Origin: Eledone cirrhosa
Taxonomy: Eukaryota
Direction of reading: 5' to 3'
DNA: 64,000 nucleotides
Assembly (NCBI GenBank): GCA_964016885.1
Contig: OZ024763.1
Location: 3,596,001 to 3,660,000, forward strand
In this document: positions 36,949 through 48,500 of the stretch, piece by piece
Numbering within the stretch: the first letter of the stretch is position 1
Layout of the letters: every line of letters starts with the position of its first letter
Made by a program: the position numbers and the translations under genes
Notes under the pieces: generated by a model
Database searches by the model: none
What the model saw: only the letters and a program-made list of their open reading frames with translations
Told to the model about the DNA's origin: nothing

Positions 36949-39900
36949 CATGCATCCTTTAAGTGTGTGTGTGTATTTACATCTTGTGACTTAGCAGTAA
37001 ATCAAAAAGAGGTTGATAAAATAAGTACTGCTAATAAGCTTACAAAACGATCAACTAAAATTTCTCTAAGGTGGAGCCACAGCATGGCCACAGCCAGTAA
37101 AATAATAAAAAATAAAAATACAAACTGACCTGCCCTCTCGTAGTGCAGCCAACACATCCCCAGTGCCAGGAGTAGTTGGGGTGTCATGTTTTAAGGAGGT
37201 AAACCTAAGTTAAAATAGAAAAAAACATTTTATTTTTATATAGTCAGAGTAAAAGAAAGCAACATTAGAAAGGACTATAAATGCCATAAATGAGAGGAAA
37301 AGAAAGGACTACTAGAACAAAAGAGGAGAGGGTGATGGACTCTACCTAGGTCAGAGAGATGTTTCAATTGCCACCTCAGGGACAAAATGGGAAAAAGTAT
37401 TTCCGCAGACAATGGCCAGTGACATTCGCTGCCACAGCCACCCCACCTCGCGGGGTTCCTTCCTCAGACGGGCTACTCCCGATCTGATTTTACAGAGGGT
37501 GGTCAGCTGTCTGGGGACCCACTTTCTACCTTTCTCTGAAAGACATCCGCTGTGTTAAAACGAGGAGAGGCGATGGGATGGGATGGACTCTTAAAATGCC
37601 CAAGAAATGCTATATATATGCCATTATGCCACCCTTAAACTCCTTCAGGAGTTAGGGGACCATACCATATTATACTATACCCACCTTTCCAGCAAAGATT
37701 GAGTGGGTCTTCACAGACAGAGTCAGTGCTACTACTGAAGCGGAGATACTGACCTCACAGACGAACGAGGGTCATACATATGTTAACCCGTGCTCTATCA
37801 AGGTCATTTTATCATGGCACCAGTACTAGGGAGGTTGTCATGCATTTGATACAGCTGAAAAAAAATAGTTCTCCCAATCCTTTGTTTATCAGGCTTTCTA
37901 CGACAGCAGGGCTCCATCCCTTCCTATCACCAAACACAGGTTGTCACATCCATTGACATAACCACATTACAAAGTGTACTGGGTGTATTTTAGTGCGACA
38001 CCAGTACTACTACTTTACAGAGTGCACTGGGTGTATTTTTGTGTGACATCTGCATTACCACTTTACAGTATACTGGGTGTATTTTATTGTGACACCCTAC
38101 AGAGTGTTCTGGGTGTATTTTATTGTGACACCATCATTACCACTTTACAGAGTGTACTGGGTGTATTTTATCATGGCATCATCACTACCACTTTACAGAG
38201 TGTACTGGGTGTATTTTATCATGGCATCATCATTACCTCTTTACAGAGTGTACTGGGGTATTTTATCATGGCATCATCACTACCACTTTACAGAGTGTAC
38301 TGGGTGTATTTTATCATGGCATCATCACTACCACTTTACAGAGTGTACTGGGTGTATTTTATCATGGCATCATCACTACCACTTTACAGAGTGTACTGGG
38401 TGTATTTTATCATGGCATCATCATTACCTCTTTACAGAGTGTACTGGGTGTATTTTATCATGGCATCATCATTACCTCTTTACAGAGTGTACTGGGTGTA
38501 TTTTATCATGGCATCATCATTACCACATTACAGAGTGTACTGGGTGTATTTTATTGTGACACCAGCACAACTCCATTACAACAAAAAGAACCAAAACAAA
38601 GTCAAATAATTAAATGTATCACCAACTTTGGACTGTGGATTGCTCCAGTTTCCGGCGGTGCTATTCGAACAGTGACAGGACTCCGGAGTTTGTTGACGTT
38701 GGTCTCAAGAAGCGGGATCTTGATTTTCTTCTCGAGGTGGACATTGGGCAAGTTACCCAGTACATTCCTGGTAGGGTAACAAACCTCTTGTCGCTGCAAG
38801 GCATGTGGGGTGAAACCGACTGGACTTATTGCTGGCCTGCACAACACAATATACAACATGAAACGTGAGAAACTTTTATTTCAGCTATGACTTTAAAATA
38901 TTTCATCATATAACAGTCCTATACAAGAGAGACACAGTCACAACAAACCCGTCGAACCCATGCTAGCATGGAAGACAGACGTTAAACGATGATGATTACT
39001 GTATGAGAAGAAAGAATGGAATGTAAAATAAAATATTTAAAAAAAAAGCCGGAAAAGAAAAGGAATAGCAAGGGCTATAGTGTCACAGAAAAATGGGGAG
39101 GGGCAAGGGTGATTGGGTTCTGGGCTTAGACTGAGGTTAACTTTACCTTTCATCCTTACGGGGTCGATAAAATAAAGTACCAGTAATGCACTGGGGTAAT
39201 TGCTGGCCTTGTGCCAAAAGTAGAAACAATTATATATGTATATGTGTGTCCCTCCAAAAAAATGTATGATCAGAATTTTACTTATCTCTACACTATATAT
39301 ATAATATAATTGAATATAAAAGATAAACACAGATATATATATATATATATACACACACACATATATATACATATATAACTTTAGATCTTGAGTTGATTCT
39401 TTCTATAAGTATATTTACCATTATATATATATGAACTTGATACTAGTTTCTCAACTAGATATATATATATATATATGAACTTGATACTAGTTTCGCAACT
39501 AGATATATATATACAAGTACTTGATACTAGTTTCTCAACTAGATATATATATATATGAACTTGATACTAGTTTCTCAACTAGATATATATATATATATGA
39601 ACTTGATACTAGTTTCTCAACTAGATATATATATAAATAGGAACAAGTAAGACCCGACGGCTGAGCTCAAGCCGTTTCGACGGCTAATTCAGTCCAGAAT
39701 TAGCCGTCGAAACAGCTTGAGCTCAGCCGTCGGGGTCTTACTTGTTCCTATTACCCACTCTACTACCCTAAGTATTGAGTACTTTGGTGCGTTATGGTCC
39801 ACCTGGTTCCTTACCACATTTCCTTCGTTATATATATATATATGGCATATATATATGTGGCATATATTAACGACATAGATGCCAACTTACAGAATGCCAC

Positions 39901-42900
39901 GGTACTAAAATATGCAGATGACATCAAGCTGTACCTTGAAATCAAAAGGACTGATCCTGAAATTTACAACTCTTTCCTACAATCAGACCTGGACACAATG
40001 CAGCAATGGATCACAGACTGGCAACTGAAGCTGGCTGTGGACAAGTGTACCACCATGCATTTTGGAAGGAAAAATCCAGCGTCCACATACTCCCTCCACA
40101 ACACTGATATCAAAAAGTCCTCTTGTGAACATGACCTGGGCATTACTGTCAGCAACGATTTGCGTTGGACAAAGCATGTCTCTAAGATTGTCAAGAAGGC
40201 CGAGGGTGTCTTGGCATCACTCAGCAAGACCTTTGTTAGCCGCTCTCCAGCCATCTATTTAAAACTGTATACAGCTATGGTACGACCACACTTGGAATTC
40301 GCATCATCAGTCTGGAACCCCTATCTTGCTCAGAACATTGACCTCCTGGAAACTGTCCAGAGACGTGCAACCAAGCGCATACCCTCCATCAGACACCTAC
40401 CATACTCTGAACGCCTTGCTTCCCTGGGCATGGATTCATTGAAGCTCCGACGTCTGGCAATGGACTTGGTGAATACCCACAAAGTTTTTAACCATCTCGC
40501 CAATTGCAACCCTGAGCGCCTCTTTGATCTCCATGTGTCTAACACACGTGGACATGCCTACAAGATCAGAAAACAGCACAGCTCCCATGACTTTCGTAGA
40601 CATTTTTTCACGCTCAGAGTTGCTGAAGCATGGAACAAACTGCCTGCGTCAATTGTTAGCTGCCGAGACACTGCATCCTTTAAGACACTCATGCTTCCCG
40701 AAATACGCCAAAACTACACCTGATGTACCCCTTCCATGCACATGCACACATGTGTGTATCATGACTCGTGCACTGTTCATTTTACTGATGTTTGTGCATT
40801 GCCCTATGTACTGTACATGCACTTTTTTGATGAGTTGTGGTGCACCAGGGCACTACACAATATTTCATTATTGTTATTGTTATTATATAATGACTCGTAC
40901 ACTGTTCATTTTCCTGACATTTGTACATTATTCTATGTACTATACATGCACCTTTGATGAGTTGTAGTGCACCTGAGCACTGTACACAATAATTTCATTA
41001 TTATTATTATTATATAAACTTGATACTAGTTTCTCAACTATATATATATATAAACTTGAAACTAGTTTCTCAACTAGATATATATATATATGTACTTGAT
41101 ACTAGTTTCTCAACTAGATATATATATATATAAGTTTTTTTCGTATATTGTTTTAAATTTGTATATATATATATATACACACACAAACAGGTATTCATAC
41201 ATATATATACACACAAACATAGGTATTAAGATATATATATATATATATATATATATCATCATCATCATCATCATCATCAACGTTTAACGTCCGTGTTCCA
41301 CGCTTGCATGGTGGGTTTGGACGGGGGTAGTCCCACTTGAGGCAAGAGTGATTGTCTTGCTCGCATAGGACTGTCTGGCAGGTTTTCTACAGTTGGATGT
41401 ATACATACAAACTTAATAGTCATTAATATATATACACTACACATACTAAGTAGGTATTAATATATACACATACATATATACAGTGTCCCCAAATATATAT
41501 ATACCCTTTGATTACACGTACAGGAAATATTTATTAGAATGCACAGCATTTGTGTATACATTTTTTTGTGACACCCTGAATAGGCATTAATACACACAAA
41601 CATAGGTGTTAAGATATATATATATATATATACTATAATACACCAACTTAATAGACAATATATACACATATACATACACACACACGCATATATATATATA
41701 TATATACATACAGGGTGTCCCCCCAAAATGTATACACACTTTGATTACCTGTACAGGAAATATATATTAGAATACACAGCCTTTGTATATACATTTTTTT
41801 GACACACTCTCTCTCTCTATATATATATATGTATACGCACATACACACAAACATAAAAGCAATTGATATATATATATATATATATATATATAATGTAGGA
41901 GGTGAGTTTTATTGTAGCACAATAAAGCAATGCAAATATCGGATAAGAAGCACTCTACAGTTTGTAGGACTGGAGTATAAATAATATAAGATCAAAAGAC
42001 TCTTTTAACCATCTTTTGATCTTATATTATATATATATATACGTACACAAACTTAATAGACATTAATACATGCACACATATATATAGTGTATAGAATAAA
42101 GATATATATACTACATATATATATACACTATATATATGGTATATATATAATAAAGATGTATATCTCACCTTTGTTGTGTTTCCGAAGCTGTTCTGTGGAA
42201 ACGAGGAAGTGGTGAAGACGATCCTATGTGGTAACTCCTGTTACCAGCACTAACACGTGTAGCAAGGGGACTTCTGTTACTAGTAGATCGCTCATTAATA
42301 GTTGGTGTACAGCTCCTGTTAATTATACCAGTAATTCTGTTGTGATGATGATGATGTCTGGCTGGTGATGTCGATGGTGATGATGGTGAGTAAGTGTAAG
42401 CTGTGCATCCCGCCATCGGTGGAGACCCACTTCTTACAATTCCTCTTCTGCTCTTGCTAACGTCCACCTCTGTCCCTCCTCTTCTTACATCAGTTTCTCT
42501 CCTTTTCTTAATATTAATCCTTCCAATTCCATCAGAAGACGATGAAGCTGCCCAGACACCTGCATCATCATCTTCGGCATCACTATGATCATGGCCATTG
42601 TTGTCCTTCTTGTTGGTGTTCTTCTTCTTTCGTCTAAGCAGTGAAAACAAAGAGAAGTTAGTGTGTGTAGCTCTAGCTTCCTCTCCAAAGCCAAACATAG
42701 CAGCCAAAAGAGAGGAGACTATGTTTGGACAAGACGATGATGATGATGTCTTCTCCGACAATTTATCTTCAAGATTTCCTCCTCCACCTTCAACAGTCTT
42801 CTTCTTCGTCTTCTTGTTGTCCTTGTTCAGATTCAAATACAGATTATCTCGAGGGTGCCGGACAATGTCTCCACTTTTCACCAATTTACTGCAATTATTT

Positions 42901-43202
42901 GCGAGATTTTCACCAAAGTTCTGACAAAAGTTGACCACAGTTGAGTACCAAAGACCCTCCTCTTGTAAGGAAGAAGGCGAAGGAGGCTGAGTGGTTGTCT
43001 TGTTGGTGTCCTTGGCGGTCCTGTTCTTGGTGGTGGTCGTGGCTGGAGTCGTCGTCGGTTTCTTAAGAAATAAGTAGAAACAACTTATTAGACAGAGACA
43101 AGCGCCGCCGCTGTACAATATACATGCTTTCAATCCGAATAAATATTGAATTATTAAACCTGCTGATAGAATAGCGAGCAGAACATTTAGAAATTTAGTC
43201 AT
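18223..43202 (-). CDS. POM121: Nuclear pore membrane protein POM121-like, complete, ~1611 aa; exons 43202-42169, 38836-38627, 37204-37130, 36607-36542, 35354-34994, 33295-33174, 31649-31559, 30960-30859, 27085-26944, 26068-25742, 23750-22078, 19839-19302, 18317-18223
   Basis: N-terminal hydrophobic anchor. Collinear motifs LGNLPNV...[22 protein letters not shown]...EED...AKRRRQES (bipartite NLS), NPILSSLSS and [18 protein letters not shown] match recalled POM121 motifs. Long S/T/P-rich FG domain (PVFG/SIFG/FNF). C-terminus [25 protein letters not shown]. The 4836-nt spliced frame is open, with all phases consistent. Confidence 0.9.
18530..19264. repeat. 22-bp minisatellite (~30 copies) in the last POM121 intron
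   Basis: gaactacacagaattatattta. Confidence 0.95.
19302..19839 (-). CDS. POM121: POM121 exon 12 (FG repeats, poly-Q)
   Basis: ttag/gtaag, [10 protein letters not shown]...SQFNF, phase 0->1. Confidence 0.9.
21002..21537 (+). mobile_element. RTE-clade LINE 3' end (ORF end, 3'UTR, (GAT)n tail)
   Basis: LWYGHVMRM...[10 protein letters not shown] is a typical RTE C-terminus; the tail is shared with SINE family B. Confidence 0.85.
22078..23750 (-). CDS. POM121: POM121 exon 11 (main FG-repeat exon)
   Basis: 1673-nt open exon with dense PVFG/PAFG/SIFG repeats; cag/gtaag. Confidence 0.93.
23795..24140. repeat. 40-bp (18+22) tandem repeat
   Basis: atctagtgtcacacacac-atctagtgtcaaacatacatac. Confidence 0.9.
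24496..25689. repeat. 24/20-bp minisatellite (~50 copies)
   Basis: ttacattagtactataactaactt. Confidence 0.95.
25742..26068 (-). CDS. POM121: POM121 exon 10 (S/T-rich)
   Basis: ttttag/gttag, phase 1-1. Confidence 0.85.
26944..27085 (-). CDS. POM121: POM121 exon 9 ([18 protein letters not shown]...AKT)
   Basis: ctag/gtgag, phase 0->1. Confidence 0.82.
28276..29025 (-). mobile_element. Truncated Ty3/Gypsy-type element: putative 5' LTR (29025-28788) plus Gag-like ORF (28788-28276) in POM121 intron 8
   Basis: [44 protein letters not shown] resembles Gypsy Gag capsid. The upstream 238 bp runs TG...AATAAA...CA and is followed by a TGG PBS-like start. No pol or 3' LTR seen. Confidence 0.7.
29700..30360 (-). 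mobile_element. Degenerate RTE LINE fragment (related pieces at ~13040-13200, 35905-36530, 46255-46530)
   Basis: VEKFKYLG...[16 protein letters not shown]...VPTLTY motifs. Confidence 0.75.
30859..30960 (-). CDS. POM121: POM121 exon 8 (SVNSSS...[17 protein letters not shown])
   Basis: ttccag/gtaagt, phase 0-0. Confidence 0.8.
31559..31649 (-). CDS. POM121: POM121 exon 7 (KVMKPSLDV...HTPQ)
   Basis: tag/gtaac, phase 2->0. Confidence 0.75.
31719..32775 (-). mobile_element. Same TTAA MITE with ~15 internal 60/48-bp repeats
   Basis: Termini intact; internal unit tandemly amplified. Confidence 0.8.
33174..33295 (-). CDS. POM121: POM121 exon 6 ([10 protein letters not shown]...EKSL)
   Basis: ccag/gtaag, phase 0->2. 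Confidence 0.8.
33386..33702. repeat. Long imperfect inverted repeat (fold-back MITE-like), ~125-bp arms
   Basis: aaaaggaaaagaatgacttca...ggggagattt mirrored by aaatctcccc...tgaagtcattcttttcctttt. Confidence 0.8.
34150..34552. mobile_element. RTE-like LINE fragment with inverted segment
   Basis: Plus [14 protein letters not shown]...VDGCYTRML abuts minus [13 protein letters not shown]. Confidence 0.75.
34994..35354 (-). CDS. POM121: POM121 exon 5 (RQESNHS...[10 protein letters not shown]...KRQ)
   Basis: ttcag/gttagt, phase 2->0. Confidence 0.87.
36542..36607 (-). CDS. POM121: POM121 exon 4 (RKRANNEED...NAKR, bipartite NLS)
   Basis: gcag/gtaag, 66 nt, phase 2-2. Confidence 0.85.
37130..37204 (-). 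CDS. POM121: POM121 exon 3 (FTSLKHDTP...[10 protein letters not shown])
   Basis: ttag/gtcagt, 75 nt, phase 2-2. Confidence 0.82.
37965..38560. repeat. 48-bp tandem repeat derived from the RTE/SINE tail motif
   Basis: tttacagagtgtactgggtgtattttatcatggcatcatcactaccac. Confidence 0.85.
38627..38836 (-). CDS. POM121: POM121 exon 2 ([10 protein letters not shown] motif)
   Basis: gcag acceptor, gttggt donor, phase 2-2. Confidence 0.88.
39855..41012 (+). mobile_element. 5'-truncated CR1/L2-clade LINE (RT C-terminal half, 3'UTR, (TTA)n tail)
   Basis: YINDI...[46 protein letters not shown]; frame open to stop at 40723. Confidence 0.9.
42169..43202 (-). CDS. POM121: POM121 exon 1 (membrane anchor plus basic/Ser-rich region)
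   Basis: 345-aa ORF starting [24 protein letters not shown]; AG|gtgaga donor, phase 2. Confidence 0.85.
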
Positions 43203-43449
43203 TTTCTATTAAAAACTCTACATTCTTCTTCATTTCGTCTGTCAACGAAGAGGAGACATTACATGCTGCAAAAAGAAGCAAAAAAAAAAGGACAGGAAGA
43301 TCTGCAAAGCAATAGGGCAACTGAAAAACTACAAACGCTCGTTGCCATTGGATAATATTCGATAATATTTCCGAAATTAAATAAAAAATTTTGTTGAAAT
43401 TATTTTCCAGAATATTTTCATAAGTATATATTTCTAAAATACATTTAGA

Positions 43450-43635
43450 TAACAATTAGATATTTTTTATTAAAATTTATTATTTTCCAAACAATTTATA
43501 TACGGAGTTACGAGCTATCTTTGCTCTGATTGGTCAAAATGTTATTAGATTTGAATATTTGTATTTGGCGGTTCTTATAAAGCTCGAGTTTTTAATTCAA
43601 ATTTCGTATCAAATATATTTGTTTATACTGTTGAG
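43450..43635. promoter_or_regulatory. Probable bidirectional POM121/NCAPD2 promoter and non-coding first exon of NCAPD2
   Basis: Inverted CCAAT (ATTGG 43529-43533), CHR-like TTTGAA (43550-43555) and TTCAAA (43596-43601), E2F-like TTTGGCGG (43564-43571); plus-strand donor GAG|gtaagg at 43635/43636. Confidence 0.6.
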
Positions 43636-44114
43636 GTAAGGTTTTCCTGGCCCTAATTTATTTTTTTTATATATAAATCTCTGTATCTTCAAAACAAATC
43701 CAACTCGTCTTTCTACTAATTATTTCATCTCTCAGTCTTCATTTAAAGCTGAAATATAGTTTGAAATGTATTAATATTTACTAATATCTTATCAATAGAA
43801 ATTAAACGAAACTTGTTAAGTTTTATTATACACAGCATATAAATAAATTTACAGTAGAATAACAACAAATCTGTAATGTTATTTACGTATATATTTAAAA
43901 CATATTTTCAGAAGGATATGTTCTTTTAATGTTTTGTTTGCTTAAACTTTTAATATTATCATCATCATCATCATCACTCGTCTACTACTGTCGAGATGAT
44001 GGATCTCACTCTCATGCCCCCCCAGAGTCCCCTGTCCCCCATCTACGGGATTATATATATATATATTATTGAAAATATTAATAAATGGATAAATTCACAT
44101 AATCAAAATATATG

Positions 44115-44310
44115 TTTTATTAGATATATTTCGGATATATATAATAAAACATATACTGTGTTTTTTTCAGTACGTCCTCATCAGATAAAATACATAGATT
44201 GATGTATGACATTCCTCAACTGTGCTGATGGTTCAATTCCAGTTTTGGCAGTAGTGACGAGGACGTACTGAAAAAAACAGCACAGTACCTCCGAAATATA
44301 ATAAAGCATA
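44115..44310. ncRNA. Inverted pair of degenerate hammerhead motifs (44115-44190 minus; ~44254-44306 plus)
   Basis: CTGATGA/TGACGA-GGACGTACTG...CAGTA..TCC-GAAA-TATA in both orientations. Confidence 0.45.
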
Positions 44311-44935
44311 TATCAATCTTGCTCCAATTTCAACATTTAGCAAAGTTTCTAGTCCAGAAATTTTCTTGTTTTTGCCTTTTTCAACATTTTTCTTTTTTCT
44401 TCCATTTACTTGTCTCATACCAGAATCTTTTGCAGCAAGTTTCACTGCATTTATGTTGCATTTTTTAATCATTTCATTATTCAACTCATCAACAGCTTCA
44501 TTCAAAGGTAAAATGCATACAAATTTTAATTCAGGAATAGAATACAATTCAATCAATTTTTTTAGCAATTTCTTCAACAGATGCTTTCCTATCAGGAAAT
44601 AGGCATCTTTTTTGAAGAATGCTAATATCAGTCTGATGGGGAACCAATCCTAATTCTTCCCAAAATATCAACATAGTTGTCTTTGTCATCTTTTTGTCTA
44701 ATGTTAATGGTTAGCTCATCATATTGAAAGTATTTCCATAATGAATGCCCACTAATGCCAATTTCTGTTCTTTTGGCATCATATGATGAAATTCTAGAAA
44801 ATATTGGTTTTTCATTTACAGATGGCAATTGCATCAAATCACCAAACAAAAGAAGATTCATTTTTCCAAAAGGATATGCCATTTTTTGGGATCTCCAAAA
44901 ATGTCATCAAGCCTTTTGTGAATAACTATAATTAA
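44310..44935 (-). mobile_element. Degenerate Helitron-type PIF1 helicase fragment
   Basis: PFGKMNLLLFGDLMQLPSV, ELTINIRQ and L.VEIGAR motifs, split across frames. Confidence 0.75.
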
Positions 44936-45433
44936 GGGAAACTATTTAGTACAGCTATGATGGATTTATACTAGAGCTATGTCCCTTAGCGTTACTCCAC
45001 ATCTGATTTTGTCACTTAAAGTCACACAACTCGATTTCTATGGCACCAATCTTTTCAATATTGATAAATTTCGATTCAGCTTATCGAGTTCTATCTACTG
45101 AGATAGGTAGCATGAAATTATATTCGAAATTTAAAAAGTTATGATGAGTCAAAGTCAATGAGGGGCCTTATCCCCCACTACTTGACCACACATATTTTAG
45201 CGTAACTTTTTTTTTACTGACCCAAATTTCAATTTCCTTATACCAAAATGTAGCCTGGGATGAGTCCATTCTAGAGCAAAAAACCCTGATCAAATTTGAT
45301 TGAGAACTGAATTAGTGACAAGTCCTAGAAGTGGCTGTCGTGGGAAAAAGTTGACCTTAAGAATATCATTCACACACTACCGTGTGTGAATGATATATAT
45401 ATATTTTAAATTTTTATTTTAGGAAGAAAAAAA

Positions 45434-45554
45434 ATGGAAGCATTTGAATTTGTTCTGCCCCTAAAGAAGAGGGATCTTCTAAAATACTGCACAAATCAGC
45501 AGTATTTTGTTGAGAAACTTATTAGCAACAGGGAATTGCCTGGACATTTAGAAA
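45434..45554 (+). CDS. NCAPD2: NCAPD2 first coding exon
   Basis: Acceptor AG at 45421-45422, ATG 45434, gtaagt donor. Confidence 0.88.
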
Positions 45555-48500
45555 GTAAGTACTTATCTTTCTATCTTTTTAGTATGTAAAATGGGAGTGT
45601 TGGTGTCGCAATTGGTAGTGCTGGTGGCATGTCAAACTGAGGGTGCCCCGAGGGCCACATGGGTCACATATGTGCTGTCTGAGGGCCGCACATTACAACT
45701 AATTTTCTGGTCTGGTACTCTGTCACTTCATGCCACAGAAAGTAGGATAAGCACTGACCTGATGAGCATCTGGGCTCAAGACAGGCTTTAAGACTGTGGT
45801 GAACTGGTGTCCTGTCCAGGGGGAGTGTCTTGTACTCTGTCACTTCATGCCACAGAAAGCACTGGCCTGATGAGCCACGGAGCTTGAGAGAGACTTTAGA
45901 CGGTTTTTTTTTTTGAGGATCTTGCCAGAAGTATAAGGAGGTTTGATGTCATGTGAGCAGAAAGGAGATTAGGGGAGGGTCTTGTAAGCATAGGGAACAG
46001 TGACATCATAAGAGCAAAAAGGGATTAGGGGAGGGTATCGTTGGAAGTTAAGGGAGCAGTGACATCACGTGACGGAAAGGGAATTAGTGGAGGGCCTCTT
46101 TTTTTTTTTTTAGCTGGTAATCGTAGCACATGGATGTATCTTGATGAGCCTTAGGGAGACCTAAGAATTCCTTAGTAGGAAGAATTCACAGATTTATGCC
46201 ACAAGATAAGAGCAATGTTTAGAGCAGGTAAGGCAAGGTAACCAAAATCTATGTTTCCCTTCTTTGCCCACTTATTCCTGAGAGGGTCATGGGGGCAAAG
46301 TCCTCAAACACTCCTTCCAGCGGGTCCTGTCAGAAGCAACCAACTCCAACTGATCCAGCTGGATCCCCAAGCTAGACCAGCCATGTTCATGGATGTTATC
46401 CAACCATCTCGCCTACCAGTTGGTTTAGTCCGTAAAATCTGTCCAGTGATTCTTTCCTGAGACATTCTAACCATGTGTTCATAGTATCAGCTGTGATCTC
46501 TCAATTCAGAGAAGTAATGGCTCGCCAAGCTACACACTGAGTCTGTCCACGGATTGACCTGCTGATAGGTGGTATATTGCCATAGAGATCCTTATTTGTT
46601 GGGTGTTCCCTCCAAGACACGTTTAAAGCAGCACGGAGCATACGTGTGTATGCCCCGTCTAGCTTTTTCTCCAGTTTCAACGTTAGCGTCCAAGTGATAG
46701 AGCCATAAACAAGCACAGATTCCACAAATAAGGATCTCTATGGCAATATACCACCTATCAGCAGGTCAATACGTGGACAGATACTCAGATTTGCTGGCCA
46801 CTGTTGGCGCAGCAAGGAAGAAATAGCAGGTGATGTGTTGTTATGGTTTCCATCTCATGGAACAAGAAACACTGGTCGTCCCAAGAAGACATACGTCAAG
46901 CAACTTGAGGACGATACTGGATGCACTGCGGAAGAACTGGCAAACGCTATGAGAGACAGAGATGGATGGAGGAAACGTTGTGGAATGCCGAGCAAGCTCG
47001 ACCTGATGATGATGAAGCTACACACTTTATCAAAAAAAATTTCAGAATTGAAAGGACAAAGGACCGTGACAAGTGGAGAGATGATGAGGATGATGAAAGG
47101 GTTATTAATTGAATATCTTTTGTTTCTGTAGATTTTAGAATAACCATGAGAACTGAAGGGTACCTGACCATTTTAAAACAGTTTGATGTTGCTTACAGTA
47201 TTCTCTGGTGAGTAATACTATTTATTTTAAATATATACAGTTTTACAGAGTGTACTGGGTGCATCTATCATTAACCCTTTACCATTTACTTTACTCTATA
47301 TTTACTTTGAAAACAATACCGTAACATCAGTATGAGTGGCGAGTTATAGCCGGTTTGAACAGAGAGGTGAGAGAATTCTGGCTGGATAGGGCTGGTTTAA
47401 ATGCTAAAGGGTTAAAGTTTCCAGTTGTTTTGAAATTAATGCCATTTTCCATGCCTTTTACAGAGTGTACTGAGTGCATTTGTTATTAAAGTATCCAGTT
47501 GTTTAGAAATTAATGCAGCAGGTCTTCTGCCCTTTACAGAGTGTACTGGGTGCATTTATCTTGTAAATCATCAACACCAGAGAGGTTGTCATGTCTTTGA
47601 CACAACTGAAGAATTGTTCCTACACTTTCTTTGGCAGTTTCTATGCCTTTTACAGAGTGTACTAGGTGAAGGTGACTGGGTGAGAGGAATAGAGCCAGTG
47701 ATGAATGTTGTGAAGAGAAATTGAATGAGATGGCTGGGTCATGTGTTGAGGAAGGATGATAGTGACTGGGTGACATATGTGGGAAGAATAGATGCAATGG
47801 TGAATGTTGTAGAGAGAAATGTGATGTGGATTTGACTGTAAAAATGGTGAACAAAAGTTTATCTTAATTATTTTAATACGATTACTTATTTATTTCCTGT
47901 GAATGAAAATGAAATTGTTTTTATATATTACTTTTGTTTTCTTCATCAGTTCTGAAGTTGAATCTTCTCGGGTTCTGCATGAAGCTCTCTGGCAAGCTCT
48001 TTTGAAAGGTAAGTCATATTATAATATAGATGGCTTAGTGGTTAGAGCATTGGCCTTGCAATCGAAAGGTTGTGAGTTCAATTCTCAGACCGGGTGATGT
48101 GTTGTTTCCTTGAGCAAGACACTTTATTTCACATTGCTCCAGTTTACTCAGCTGTAGAAATGAGATGATAGGGACTGGGGTCCATATCATACCACTGCCA
48201 AGTGGTCGTGGAGGTGCCACGGCAAAAAAGCACCCAGCACTCACTGTAAATGAGGTTGGTATTAGGAAGGGCATCCAGCTGTAGAAATCAAGCCAGCATC
48301 AGTTCCCGTCCCACCCTTGCAAGCAGGGAAAAAGCGGACGTAAAATGAAATGATGATTTCACCTTCAGTAATACGTCAACTTCAGCATTTTGTAATTGAA
48401 AGTAGGGAGGTAGGTGTAAAAGCCAACCTCGCTATCTTCAGTTTGGTATTCATACCAACCCTTACCTATAGTCATGAATCTTGGGTAATGGCCGAGAGAA

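Noticed and set aside
45760-45900. CTGATGA motifs as hammerheads or C/D boxes
   Set aside because: No GAAA core or stem I partner; part of a SINE-like tail
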